64,000 nucleotides of DNA from assembly GCA_965277805.1 (NCBI GenBank), contig OZ255842.1, positions 5,376,001 to 5,440,000 on the forward strand, read 5' to 3'. Below are positions 9,375 to 20,789 of this stretch, one piece after another. Position 1 is the first letter of the stretch. Each line of letters opens with the position of its first letter. The DNA is from Candidatus Lustribacter sp. GTDB lineage: Bacteria; Vulcanimicrobiota; Vulcanimicrobiia; Vulcanimicrobiales; Vulcanimicrobiaceae. Position numbers and translations under genes: made by a program. A model generated the notes under the pieces. It saw only the letters and a list, made by a program, of their open reading frames with translations. It did no database searches and was not told where the DNA came from.

Positions 9375-10375
9375 GCGATGACGTTCAGGCCTTTGACGAA
9401 TTTTGTAGTGTAGGCCGTCTGCCACGGCGTCGCGGCTTTGAGCATGTTCGCGCCGACCATGAAGTCGCGCGTCTTTTTCCAGCGCGCGTCGGTCATGATC
9501 CCGATGCCCTGCGTTGCGGCATCGCCGCCGGTGACGCACTTGATCGCTTTGAAGCGCCCGATGCTGAACGCGATCTGATCGTCGCCTTGTTTGGGGTTCG
9601 CTTCCTTGATCAACGCGTTGCCCGCGGCCGGGTGCGCGAGATAGTCCTTCCAGCCCTGCATCGTCGCTTTCATGAACGCCGCGACGGCTTCGGGATTTTT
9701 CTCCATGTACGCGCGGGTCGTCACGAGGGTCGTGCTGTACGGCGGGTAGCCTTGATCGGCGAAGAGGAAGAATTTCGTCTTCACCCCGTTCTTTTGAGCT
9801 TCGAACGGCTCGGCCGTGATGTAACCCTGCTGCGCCAGCGTCGGATCGACGTAAAACGGTTGCAGGTTGAACGTGTACGTGCCGGCTTGGTCGTCGGTGA
9901 AACCATACTTCAATTTCAGCCACGGCCAGAATGTGGAGAACGCCGTGCTCGCGACGAGGATCTTGCGGCCTTTGAGCGCGGCCAGCGACGGCACGTCGGT
10001 GTGCGCCATGATGCCCTGCAGATCGAATTGATTGACGGCGCCGATCGCGACGGCCGGCACGCCCTTCTCGACGCTGTCGAGCACTTCGATGTCGTAGCTG
10101 ACGATGATGTCGGCATCGCCGCCGGCGAGGAGCTGCACGCCGTTGACTTGCGGCCCGCCCATCTGGATATCGACGTCGAGGCCGGCTTTCTGGTAGAGCC
10201 CGGACGCCTTGGCCTGGTAGAACCCGCCGTGTTCGGCTTCGGCGAACCAGTTGGTCAAGAACCGGATTTTCGTGGCCGCGCGCGCCGGAGGAATCCGGGT
10301 TACGGCGGCCGCCACCGCACTCGCCGTTCCGGCAAGCGCCGCGCGGCGCGAAAAGACCATGTCATTCGTAGGCAT
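9371..10375 (-). CDS. NMT1/THI5-like ABC substrate-binding protein, Tat signal
   Basis: SRRAAL Tat motif; TNWFAEAEHGGFYQA; start trimmed from the long ORF. Confidence 0.88.
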   Translation of the reverse strand: MPTNDMVFSRRAALAGTASAVAAAVTRIPPARAATKIRFLTNWFAEAEHGGFYQAKASGLYQKAGLDVDIQMGGPQVNGVQLLAGGDADIIVSYDIEVLDSVEKGVPAVAIGAVNQFDLQGIMAHTDVPSLAALKGRKILVASTAFSTFWPWLKLKYGFTDDQAGTYTFNLQPFYVDPTLAQQGYITAEPFEAQKNGVKTKFFLFADQGYPPYSTTLVTTRAYMEKNPEAVAAFMKATMQGWKDYLAHPAAGNALIKEANPKQGDDQIAFSIGRFKAIKCVTGGDAATQGIGIMTDARWKKTRDFMVGANMLKAATPWQTAYTTKFVKGLNVIA

Positions 10376-10434
10376 AAGCGATGGTATGGTCGCAACGCCG
10401 CGACGCCCTATGGACAATCCGCTAGCGGAACGCC

Positions 10435-11670
10435 TCAGTCGTTGGGCGCGGTGAATACCAGGGCTGCGTTGATGCCGCCGAAGCCGGCCGAGGCGCTGAG
10501 CACCACGCGCGGCGCTGCGAGCAGCGGTTCCATGAGCACGCCGACCGCGCAGGCGGGATCGCGCTCGTCGCAATTGACGACGCGCGGAGCGATGCCGCGC
10601 TGGATCGCCAGCAGCGAAAGCGCCGCCTCCCACGCGCCCGTCGCGCCGAGTGCGTGGCCATGCTGGCCTTTGGTTGCGGTTAGCGGCACCTGCGGCGTCC
10701 GATCTCCGAACACGAGTTGCAGCGCGGCCGCCTCGCCGGCATCGCCGAGCGGCGTTCCCGATCCGTGTGCGTTGATCAGGTCGACCTCGCCCGGCGCGAG
10801 GTTCGCTTCGCTCAGCGCGCGCTGCATGGCGAGCGCGTTGAACGTGCCCTCGGGTTGCGGTGCCGACATGTGATACGCGTCGTTGGTCAACCCGTAGCCT
10901 GCGATCTCGCCGTAGATGCGTGCGCCGCGCGCCAGCGCATCGTCGTAGCGCTCGAGCATCAGAATGGCGGCGCCTTCGGCCATCACGAAGCCGTCGCGAT
11001 TGCGGTCGAACGGCCGGCACGCGCCCGCCGGATCGCCGTTGTTCGTGGACATCGCGCGGATGACCGTGAACGCGCCGAACACGAGCGGCGCGAGCGGGGC
11101 CTCGCAGCCGCCCGCGAGCGCGGAGCGGATCTCGCCGCGGGCGATCGCGCGAAACGCCTCGCCGATCGCGACGGCGCCCGAAGCGCACGAGTTGCCGTTG
11201 GCGACATTGGGGCCGCGCACGCCGAATTCCATCGCGACGTTGCACGTGGCCGCTCCGCCGAACACCGAGATCGCGAGAAGCGGACGCACCGCCTCCAGAC
11301 CCGACGCGCGAAAGACGTCATGCTGTTCGTCGGCGTAGGCGAGGCCGCCGAGTGCCGATCCGATGTACACGCCGGTGCCGGTGCCGTCGCCCGTCACGCG
11401 AAAGGCGGCATCGTCGATCGCGAGGCGCGTTGCGGCCAGCGCAAACTGCGAGAAGCGGTCGGTCCAGCGCAGGCGTTTGCCGCCGACGAACGCGGACGCA
11501 TCGAAGTCGTCGATCTCGGCCGCGATCGTCGAGCCGTACCCGGCGGTCGGGAACCGCGTGATCGTGCGCACCGCAACGTGTTCGGCGAGCACGTTGGTCC
11601 AGAACGCCTCGATTCCGATGCCGAGCGGCGTCACAACGCCGAGCCCCGTCACCGCAACGCGGTGTTTCAT
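10435..11670 (-). CDS. Beta-ketoacyl-ACP synthase (FabF/KS-alpha-like)
   Basis: VAVTGLG; catalytic Cys in NSCASG; INAHGSGT, KGQHGHALG, GFGGINA. Confidence 0.9.
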   Translation of the reverse strand: MKHRVAVTGLGVVTPLGIGIEAFWTNVLAEHVAVRTITRFPTAGYGSTIAAEIDDFDASAFVGGKRLRWTDRFSQFALAATRLAIDDAAFRVTGDGTGTGVYIGSALGGLAYADEQHDVFRASGLEAVRPLLAISVFGGAATCNVAMEFGVRGPNVANGNSCASGAVAIGEAFRAIARGEIRSALAGGCEAPLAPLVFGAFTVIRAMSTNNGDPAGACRPFDRNRDGFVMAEGAAILMLERYDDALARGARIYGEIAGYGLTNDAYHMSAPQPEGTFNALAMQRALSEANLAPGEVDLINAHGSGTPLGDAGEAAALQLVFGDRTPQVPLTATKGQHGHALGATGAWEAALSLLAIQRGIAPRVVNCDERDPACAVGVLMEPLLAAPRVVLSASAGFGGINAALVFTAPND

Positions 11671-12119
11671 GCCGCACCCGCTTCGGCGAGTTGCTTCATG
11701 CGCGCGAGCGTTTTGTTCGCCACGCCGTGGATGAAGATATCGCTGACGACGTACTTACCGAAGAAATCGGCCGCGACCGGAAATTGGAACGCGAGCCGGT
11801 GCACGATCTGCACGCGCGTGCTGCCCGCTGCGAGCGGCGTGAAGATCCACTCGACGTCCATGCCGCGCGTCGGTCCCTTGATGTGATGGAACGCGATGTG
11901 CGGCCGCAGCGGATCGTTGGTTTGTTCGGCCGTCCAGCGCAACGGAACGAACCCGTGCCGCGCCGCCATCTCGACCGTCCGTGACGGTCCGCTCTGCGCG
12001 ATCACGCGAACGTAACGATAATGCGGTAAGAGTTCCGGCCAGCGTTCGGTGGCGGAGGCGAGCCGATAGATCGCGGCTGCCGGCGCCGCAATGTCGATCC
12101 GGTTTTCGGTGGTGATCAG
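11667..12119 (-). CDS. SRPBCC/START polyketide cyclase-like protein (probable CTG start)
   Basis: The frame extends upstream of the called GTG as ITTENRIDIAAPAAAIYRLASATERWPELLPHYRYVRV, a typical cyclase N-terminus. The only plausible start is CTG 12119, overlapping the upstream TGA. Confidence 0.8.
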   Translation of the reverse strand: MITTENRIDIAAPAAAIYRLASATERWPELLPHYRYVRVIAQSGPSRTVEMAARHGFVPLRWTAEQTNDPLRPHIAFHHIKGPTRGMDVEWIFTPLAAGSTRVQIVHRLAFQFPVAADFFGKYVVSDIFIHGVANKTLARMKQLAEAGAA

Positions 12120-13288
12120 AGAACGAGCTTTCCGAGGACTGCCGGCGTGACAGTTTGCGGCGGCCGGACGCCGGCCAGCGCGTCGATCATCGTCGCCGCA
12201 AGTCGCGGGTGACGAGCCAGCTTCTTCGAGGCACGGCGCGCCAGCACCGGTACGTCGATGAGCCAGCCGATCGTCGCGCTCAAACCTTTCCGCGCGGCGA
12301 AGTCGGCCCGCCGTTCGTCGGCATAGCTTGCGAAGGCGCTCGATTCGCGCGCGCCATTGCCGGCGGCGGAAACGATCGCGCGGGCTGCGGCTGCGGCCGA
12401 CGTCAGCGCGAGAAAAACACCTTGGCCGGTAAACGGGTTGAGGAAGCCCGCGGCATCGCCGATCAGCACGGCGCCGTTCGCGATCGGCGCGCGCACGCTA
12501 TGCTCCAGCGGCCCGATCGCCGCGCGCGCGCCGATGCGGTGCGCGTTCGCAAACGAACGGTGTCCGCGTCCGAGTTCGGCCGCTTTCCCGGCTACGCCCT
12601 CATCCACGAATCCGGACCACGTTGCGAGCGCGGTTTTCGGTACGACCACCATCACGTTGGTTGTATTCTGACTCAAAGGGTTGAGGGCGAAATAAGCGCC
12701 CCCACCGACATACATTTCGATGAAGCCGCCGAGATCGCCGAAGCCGGTATAATGTCCGCCCACGGCAAATCGCGGCGAACGCCAGCTGTGCCGCACCAGG
12801 CCGGCCTGCCGCGCGACGATCGATCCGCAGCCGTCGGCGCCCACGGTCCAGCGCGCGCGCATTTCGTACGCGGTACCGTCGTCGTTGCGCACCCGCACGC
12901 CGTCGATGCGTCCGCGATCGCGCAACAGGTTCTCGACCCGGCCGTGGACTACGGTGACGCCGGCATACACGGCCGCACGCAAGAGGATCGCATCGAGCGT
13001 CTCGCGTTCGCACGAGAGCGCGCCGTGGGTAAACGGCAGCTCGACCGCCGGCGCATTCGGCGGAACGATCCGCACGCCGCGCAGCGCGTACGCTTGGGCG
13101 CGCACGTCCTTCAGCACGCCGAGGCGATCGAGTGCGGCGACGGCGCCCGAATTGAGATATTCGCCGCAGATCTTCCGGCGCGGAAACGTCGCGCGCTCGA
13201 CGAGCGTTACGGCGAGCCCGGCGCGCGCGAGCAAGAGCGCGCACGACGAACCCGCTGGTCCGCCTCCGACCACGACGGCGTCAACCAT
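12116..13288 (-). CDS. FAD-dependent oxidoreductase (geranylgeranyl reductase/hydroxylase-like)
   Basis: VVGGGPAGS, FPRRKICGEY, VGADG, IGDAAGFLNPFTGQG. Confidence 0.88.
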   Translation of the reverse strand: MVDAVVVGGGPAGSSCALLLARAGLAVTLVERATFPRRKICGEYLNSGAVAALDRLGVLKDVRAQAYALRGVRIVPPNAPAVELPFTHGALSCERETLDAILLRAAVYAGVTVVHGRVENLLRDRGRIDGVRVRNDDGTAYEMRARWTVGADGCGSIVARQAGLVRHSWRSPRFAVGGHYTGFGDLGGFIEMYVGGGAYFALNPLSQNTTNVMVVVPKTALATWSGFVDEGVAGKAAELGRGHRSFANAHRIGARAAIGPLEHSVRAPIANGAVLIGDAAGFLNPFTGQGVFLALTSAAAAARAIVSAAGNGARESSAFASYADERRADFAARKGLSATIGWLIDVPVLARRASKKLARHPRLAATMIDALAGVRPPQTVTPAVLGKLVL

Positions 13289-13964
13289 GCTGCCCGTCGA
13301 CGAGCGTCATGCGGAAGAAGGCTTCACGCTGCACGCGCGGTGACTGCCAGCCCGCTTCGCGCGCCAACGCGAGTGCTTCGGCGGGCACGTATGCGCGTCG
13401 CACCGAGAGCGGCGCATCGTGCAGCGTGAGGCGGTTGCGCGTCGTGGCGCGCGCGTAGAGCCACGTCGCGGCAAACGCGAGACGCGAGCGCGAGAGATCG
13501 GCGACGATCGGGGTGAGGCGCGCGACGCGGCGCATCTCGCGCAGCAGTTCGCGCGCCGCCGGCGGTTCGAAATGGTGCAGCGCGAGCGTGCATGTGACCA
13601 CGTCGAAGGCGGCGTCGCCGAACGGCAGCCGCTCACCTTGACCGCACACGAACGTCAAGCGTTCGTCGCCGCCGGTGCGCCGCCGCGCGATCGCCAGCAT
13701 CGCTTCGGAGCGATCGAGACACGTCACGCGCACGTCGATCCCGCGCCGCCGGCCGTCGCGCACGAGCGCATACGGCACGTCACCGCTGCCGCTGCCGACG
13801 TCGAGAATCGACCGGGCGCCGGTGCGCCGCACCGCGCGCCGAATCGGTGCGATGCCGCCGAGCCAGCGGTTCGTAAATTCGATGTCGGCGAGGTTCTGCT
13901 CGAGTTCGTCCGGCGCGTCGACCGGCCGGTCCATCAATTCGAGCGCTCCGGCAGCGCGTTTCAC
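13281..13964 (-). CDS. Class I SAM-dependent methyltransferase
   Basis: ELMD...NRWLGG N-terminus, ILDVGSGSG, LALHHF, HDAPLSVRRAY; start trimmed to GTG 13964. Confidence 0.88.
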   Translation of the reverse strand: MKRAAGALELMDRPVDAPDELEQNLADIEFTNRWLGGIAPIRRAVRRTGARSILDVGSGSGDVPYALVRDGRRRGIDVRVTCLDRSEAMLAIARRRTGGDERLTFVCGQGERLPFGDAAFDVVTCTLALHHFEPPAARELLREMRRVARLTPIVADLSRSRLAFAATWLYARATTRNRLTLHDAPLSVRRAYVPAEALALAREAGWQSPRVQREAFFRMTLVDGQHG

Positions 13965-14023
13965 CGCCGAGTCGTACCCCAGGTTCGGCGGAGGACCTGC
14001 GTGCGTCGGCGTACGTTGCAAGC

Positions 14024-14806
14024 ATGCTGATCGTCCTGAAGTACGGCGGGAATGCGATGACGGCCGGGGCCGAAGACCCGGTGCTCGATGAAATCGCGGC
14101 GCTCGCGCAATCCGGGATATCGGTCGTGCTCGTGCACGGCGGCGGTCCGCAGATCGACGCCGCGCTGCGCGCGCAGGGCATCCCAGAAGAGCGCGTCGAG
14201 GGCTTGCGGGTGACGTCGGCGGCGGCGCGCGACGTCGTCGAAGCCGTGCTGTGCGGGAGCGTCAACAAAGATCTGGTGCGCGGGCTGCTCGGTCGCGGCG
14301 CGCGCGCGTTCGGGCTTTCGGGTCAGGACGGCGCGTTGCTGGAAGTGCGGCGGATGCTGATTGCCGGGCACGATCTCGGCTACGTCGGCGAGCCCGTCAA
14401 CGTCGACGTGGGACTGCTCCGCGGTCTGCTCGGCTTGGGGCTGCTGCCGGTGATCGCGCCGATCGGAATCGAACGCGCCGAGGGTGTCGCGCTGAATCTT
14501 AACGCGGACACGGTTGCCGGTGCGATCGCCGCCGCGCTGCACGCCGACGCCTACGTCGTGCTGACGAATGTGGCCGGCGTGCGGCGCGATCGCGACGATC
14601 CGGCAACCGTCATTCCGCGTCTGACGATCGCCCAGGCGCAGAATTTCCTCATAGACGGCACGTTTTCCGACGGCATGCGCCCGAAGATGCGGGCTGCAAT
14701 CGAGGCGGTTGCCGGGGGGGCGCAGCGAGCGGTGATCGGCGCGGCGGCGCGCGACGGAATCGCGGGAGCCTTGGCCGGTTCGGGTACAGAGCTGGTGCGC
14801 TCTTAA
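14024..14806 (+). CDS. argB: Acetylglutamate kinase
   Basis: LKYGGNAM, VHGGGPQI, GLRVT, NLNADTVA, GMRPK. Confidence 0.93.
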   Translation: MLIVLKYGGNAMTAGAEDPVLDEIAALAQSGISVVLVHGGGPQIDAALRAQGIPEERVEGLRVTSAAARDVVEAVLCGSVNKDLVRGLLGRGARAFGLSGQDGALLEVRRMLIAGHDLGYVGEPVNVDVGLLRGLLGLGLLPVIAPIGIERAEGVALNLNADTVAGAIAAALHADAYVVLTNVAGVRRDRDDPATVIPRLTIAQAQNFLIDGTFSDGMRPKMRAAIEAVAGGAQRAVIGAAARDGIAGALAGSGTELVRS

Positions 14807-14923
14807 GACATCGGCCGTAGCGCACCACCCCAGATGGCTGGTAGCCTGTACCCCCCACCCGTTTCGGCAGGAACCTGCCGGCGGTGACGAGATGCCTCTA
14901 TAGCGCGCTCCGACGGAAATAGT

Positions 14924-14952
14924 TTTCAAAGGCACGCAATTAGCGGTATAAC
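14924..14952 (+). promoter_or_regulatory. Candidate sigma70 promoter for ppdK
   Basis: TTTCAA-N17-TATAAC, ending 38 nt before the ATG, in an AT-rich patch. Confidence 0.5.
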
Positions 14953-14990
14953 ACGGGGGTTCAGCCCACCCACCTGCTGCCCACCACCGC

Positions 14991-17711
<2,721 letters not shown>

Positions 17712-17719
17712 CCGCGGCG

Positions 17720-19144
17720 ATGTCGGGTCACGCGGATCTTCCCGGCAGTGAGGTTCGAGCGAAGCTCGACCATCCCGTCATCGACGCCGACGGCCACACG
17801 ATCGAGTGCGAGTGGCTGCTCGACGAGTATGTCCGCGAAGTTGCCGGCCCGGAGATCCAAGCCCGCTGGCTGAAGCGGCCGGCGCCGTACGGCCCCACCA
17901 AGATGATCTGGTGGGGCTATCCGTCGGCGGCGCACACCGCCGACCGCGCGATGTCGCTCTTCCCGAAGTACTTCGCTGCACGGATGGAAGCGTGCGGCAT
18001 CGACTTCGCGCACATGCTCACGACGGCCGGCCTCGCGACGCTCTACGTGCGCGACGACGAACTCCGCGCCGCCGGTTGCCGCGCGCTCAACACGATGTAT
18101 GCCGACATGTTCCGCGACGTGAAAGACCGTATCCGTCCGGCCGCGGTCATTCCGACGTACACGCCGGAAGAAGCGATTCGCGAACTCGATTACACGGTGC
18201 TCGAGCTCGGTCACAAGGCCGTGATGGTCGGCACCGAGATTCGCAAGCCGTATCCGGAAGTGTTTCGCGATGCGCCGCAATACGGGCAGTTCGCCGAACG
18301 CTGGCAATCGATCGCGATCGACCCGCCGCACGACTACGATCCGTTCTGGCAACGCTGCGTCGAACTCGGCGTTGCGCCGTTGTGTCACACCTCGCACATC
18401 GGTGCGCAGCACCGGCGCTCGGCGTCGAACTACGTGTTCAACCATCTCGGCATGTTCGCCGGCGGTGCGGAGCACTTTTGCCGCGCGCTGTTTTTGGGCG
18501 GCGTGACGAACCGCTTCCCGACGCTGAACTTCGGTATGCTCGAAGGCGGCGTCGCATGGGCCGTGACCCTGCTCAACGACATCGTCGAACATTTCGAAAA
18601 ACGCAACGTGACGGATATGCTCGAGAACCTCGATCCGGGCAAACTCGACATCGACTTGCTGGCGGATTTGGCGGCCGAATACGGTGACGAGCGCATTACG
18701 GCCGCGCGCATTCGGGAGCGCCCGCACTCACGCAGTTCCGAACCCAAGCGTCCCGAGCTTTTCGACGAGTTCGCGGCCAGCGGCATGACGGAGATCCACG
18801 ATCTGCGCCGGCTCTTCTGCGAGAACTTCTATTTCGGGTGCGAAGCCGACGACCGCATGATGTCGGTCGGTTTCAACCGCAAGCTCAGTCCGGTCGGTCA
18901 GCCGCTCAAGGCCGTGTTCGGTTCGGATATCGGCCACTGGGACGTGATGGACGCAACGAGCATTCTCTCCGAAGCCTACGGTTTGATCGGCGCGGGGCTC
19001 ATCACGCAAGACGATTTCAAAGCGTTGACGTGGACGAATCCCGCGTCGCTGCACCTGCGCATGAATCCGGATTATTTCAAAGGCACGGTCATCGAATCGG
19101 AAGCCGAGAAAATTAAAGCGAAGATGAGAATTCCGGCGGGGTGA
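17720..19144 (+). CDS. Amidohydrolase family protein (Amidohydro_2-like)
   Basis: VIDADGH, YDPFWQRC, LEGGVAW, FGSDIGHWD. Confidence 0.85.
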   Translation: MSGHADLPGSEVRAKLDHPVIDADGHTIECEWLLDEYVREVAGPEIQARWLKRPAPYGPTKMIWWGYPSAAHTADRAMSLFPKYFAARMEACGIDFAHMLTTAGLATLYVRDDELRAAGCRALNTMYADMFRDVKDRIRPAAVIPTYTPEEAIRELDYTVLELGHKAVMVGTEIRKPYPEVFRDAPQYGQFAERWQSIAIDPPHDYDPFWQRCVELGVAPLCHTSHIGAQHRRSASNYVFNHLGMFAGGAEHFCRALFLGGVTNRFPTLNFGMLEGGVAWAVTLLNDIVEHFEKRNVTDMLENLDPGKLDIDLLADLAAEYGDERITAARIRERPHSRSSEPKRPELFDEFAASGMTEIHDLRRLFCENFYFGCEADDRMMSVGFNRKLSPVGQPLKAVFGSDIGHWDVMDATSILSEAYGLIGAGLITQDDFKALTWTNPASLHLRMNPDYFKGTVIESEAEKIKAKMRIPAG

Positions 19145-19198
19145 CTCGCCGGGGCCTGCGCGCGCGTTTTATGTCTGTCCAGAAAGGATACGGAGCAG

Positions 19199-19510
19199 AT
19201 GAAATTTTTCGGCAAACATCTTCAACGGTTCGGCGCCGGCGTGGTGCTGACCGGACTCACGTTCTCGCTCGGCGCGGGGATCGCGTCGGCGCAGTGGTAC
19301 AACGGACCGCCGCCGCCGCCACCGCGCTTCGAACATCACCCGATGCGTCCCGGCTACGCCTGGGAAGGCGGACACTGGTACCGCGCGGGCGGCCGGTGGG
19401 TTTGGGCGCCCGGCCGTTACATCGCCGGAGCGCCGGGCCGACACTGGGTTCCCGGTCACTGGCGCATGGGTCCGCAAGGCCGCTTCTGGGTCGCCGGCCA
19501 CTGGTCCTAA
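19199..19510 (+). CDS. Secreted YXWGXW/WXXGXW-repeat protein
   Basis: Signal peptide, poly-Pro, repeats WEGGHW, WAPGRY, WVPGHW, WVAGHW; AAGGA/GGAG upstream. Confidence 0.85.
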   Translation: MKFFGKHLQRFGAGVVLTGLTFSLGAGIASAQWYNGPPPPPPRFEHHPMRPGYAWEGGHWYRAGGRWVWAPGRYIAGAPGRHWVPGHWRMGPQGRFWVAGHWS

Positions 19511-20709
19511 CGCGTAGCCGCAGTTAGTCCGCGGTAGCCGTAGTACCAATCGGACTCGCTGTAGTCCGTGGCGCTGCGCGCTTGCAGCATCGCATCCCGG
19601 CTTGCTTTGAGCGGGCCGGGATGCAAGTGCCAGTAGTCACCCCACGACCGCGCTTGCGTTTGCACGCGTGCGGTGCGCGGTGCGCGTTCGGCTTCGTAAG
19701 CGTGAAAGACCGCGGCGGGATCGGCGCCGGCCGGCAGATCCGCGAGCATCGCACCGAGCACCGCCGTATCTTCGAGCGCCTGGGCCGCGCCTTGCGCCAG
19801 GTACTGCAGCATCGGATGCGCCGCATCGCCGAGCAGCGTCACGCGATTGCGGGTCCAATTCGTCACCGGCAAACGGTCGAACATCGGCCAGCGGCGCTGA
19901 CGGCCCATCTGCGCGATGCCCGAACGCACGAGGTCGGTACCGGTCGCAAACATCTCGTCGAGTTCGTCGGGCAGACCCCAATCGTCGCCCGCGCCGCCTG
20001 CCAGGTAACGGCGGCTCTTGAACACCGCGACCTGGTTGTAGAGTTCGCCGCGGCGCACCGGGTACTGCACGAGATGCCGGTCGGGTCCGGTCCAGACGAT
20101 CACGTTGTCGAAGCCCGCCGACGCGGAAACCTCGCCGATCGGAATCGTGCCGCGATAAGCGACGTAGGCCGAACAGATCGGATCGCCGTCGTTGAAGATC
20201 GCTTTGCGCACGCCCGAGCGCAGGCCGTCGGCGCCGATCACGATGTCCGCTTCGTAGCTCGATCCGTTCGTACACGTGACGACCGTCGTCGCAACGCGGT
20301 CCTCGACCGTCGTTGCCTCGCGGTTCGCTTCCAGCGTAACGTTGGGTTCGGCTTGGCACGCCTTCAACAGCACGTCGAGCAAATCGCTGCGGTGCATCAC
20401 GAAGTACGGATAGCCGTAACGCGCGAGAAACGGTTCGCCGAGATCCATCGACGTGAGCTGCTCGCCGGACGTCGAGTCCATCCAGACCAGGCGCTGCGGG
20501 AACACGGCATAGCTGTGGATTTCCTGGAGCACGCCCAACTGATCGAGCGCCCAGGATGCATTCGGCGCGAGTTGGATGCCGGCACCGATCTCGACGAATT
20601 CGGGAGCGCGTTCGATCACGTGCACCTTGCGCCCGCGGCGTGCCAGGCCGAGCGCAAGGGCAAGGCCTCCGATGCCGCCGCCGACGACGAGAATTTGGGT
20701 ACGTTCCAT
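19507..20709 (-). CDS. Group A flavoprotein hydroxylase (3-hydroxybenzoate 6-monooxygenase/salicylate hydroxylase-like)
   Basis: VGGGIGG, EIGAGIQLAPN, GADGLRS, LLGDAAHPMLQYLAQGA. Confidence 0.88.
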   Translation of the reverse strand: MERTQILVVGGGIGGLALALGLARRGRKVHVIERAPEFVEIGAGIQLAPNASWALDQLGVLQEIHSYAVFPQRLVWMDSTSGEQLTSMDLGEPFLARYGYPYFVMHRSDLLDVLLKACQAEPNVTLEANREATTVEDRVATTVVTCTNGSSYEADIVIGADGLRSGVRKAIFNDGDPICSAYVAYRGTIPIGEVSASAGFDNVIVWTGPDRHLVQYPVRRGELYNQVAVFKSRRYLAGGAGDDWGLPDELDEMFATGTDLVRSGIAQMGRQRRWPMFDRLPVTNWTRNRVTLLGDAAHPMLQYLAQGAAQALEDTAVLGAMLADLPAGADPAAVFHAYEAERAPRTARVQTQARSWGDYWHLHPGPLKASRDAMLQARSATDYSESDWYYGYRGLTAATR

Positions 20710-20789
20710 CCCGGACAATCTTTCACTCGGATTCGCTCGCTCCCGCCGGGAGGCGGGACGTTTGCCGCGCGGCTAACGTATGAGGGAAT

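Noticed and set aside
9371-11245. Apparent 624-aa protein fusing a long N-terminus to the SBP
   Set aside because: The extension is an off-frame read-through of the KS gene; the Tat signal marks the real start near 10375.
12116-13288. Flavin-dependent halogenase call
   Set aside because: The WxWxIP motif is absent (YFALNP at the likely equivalent position).
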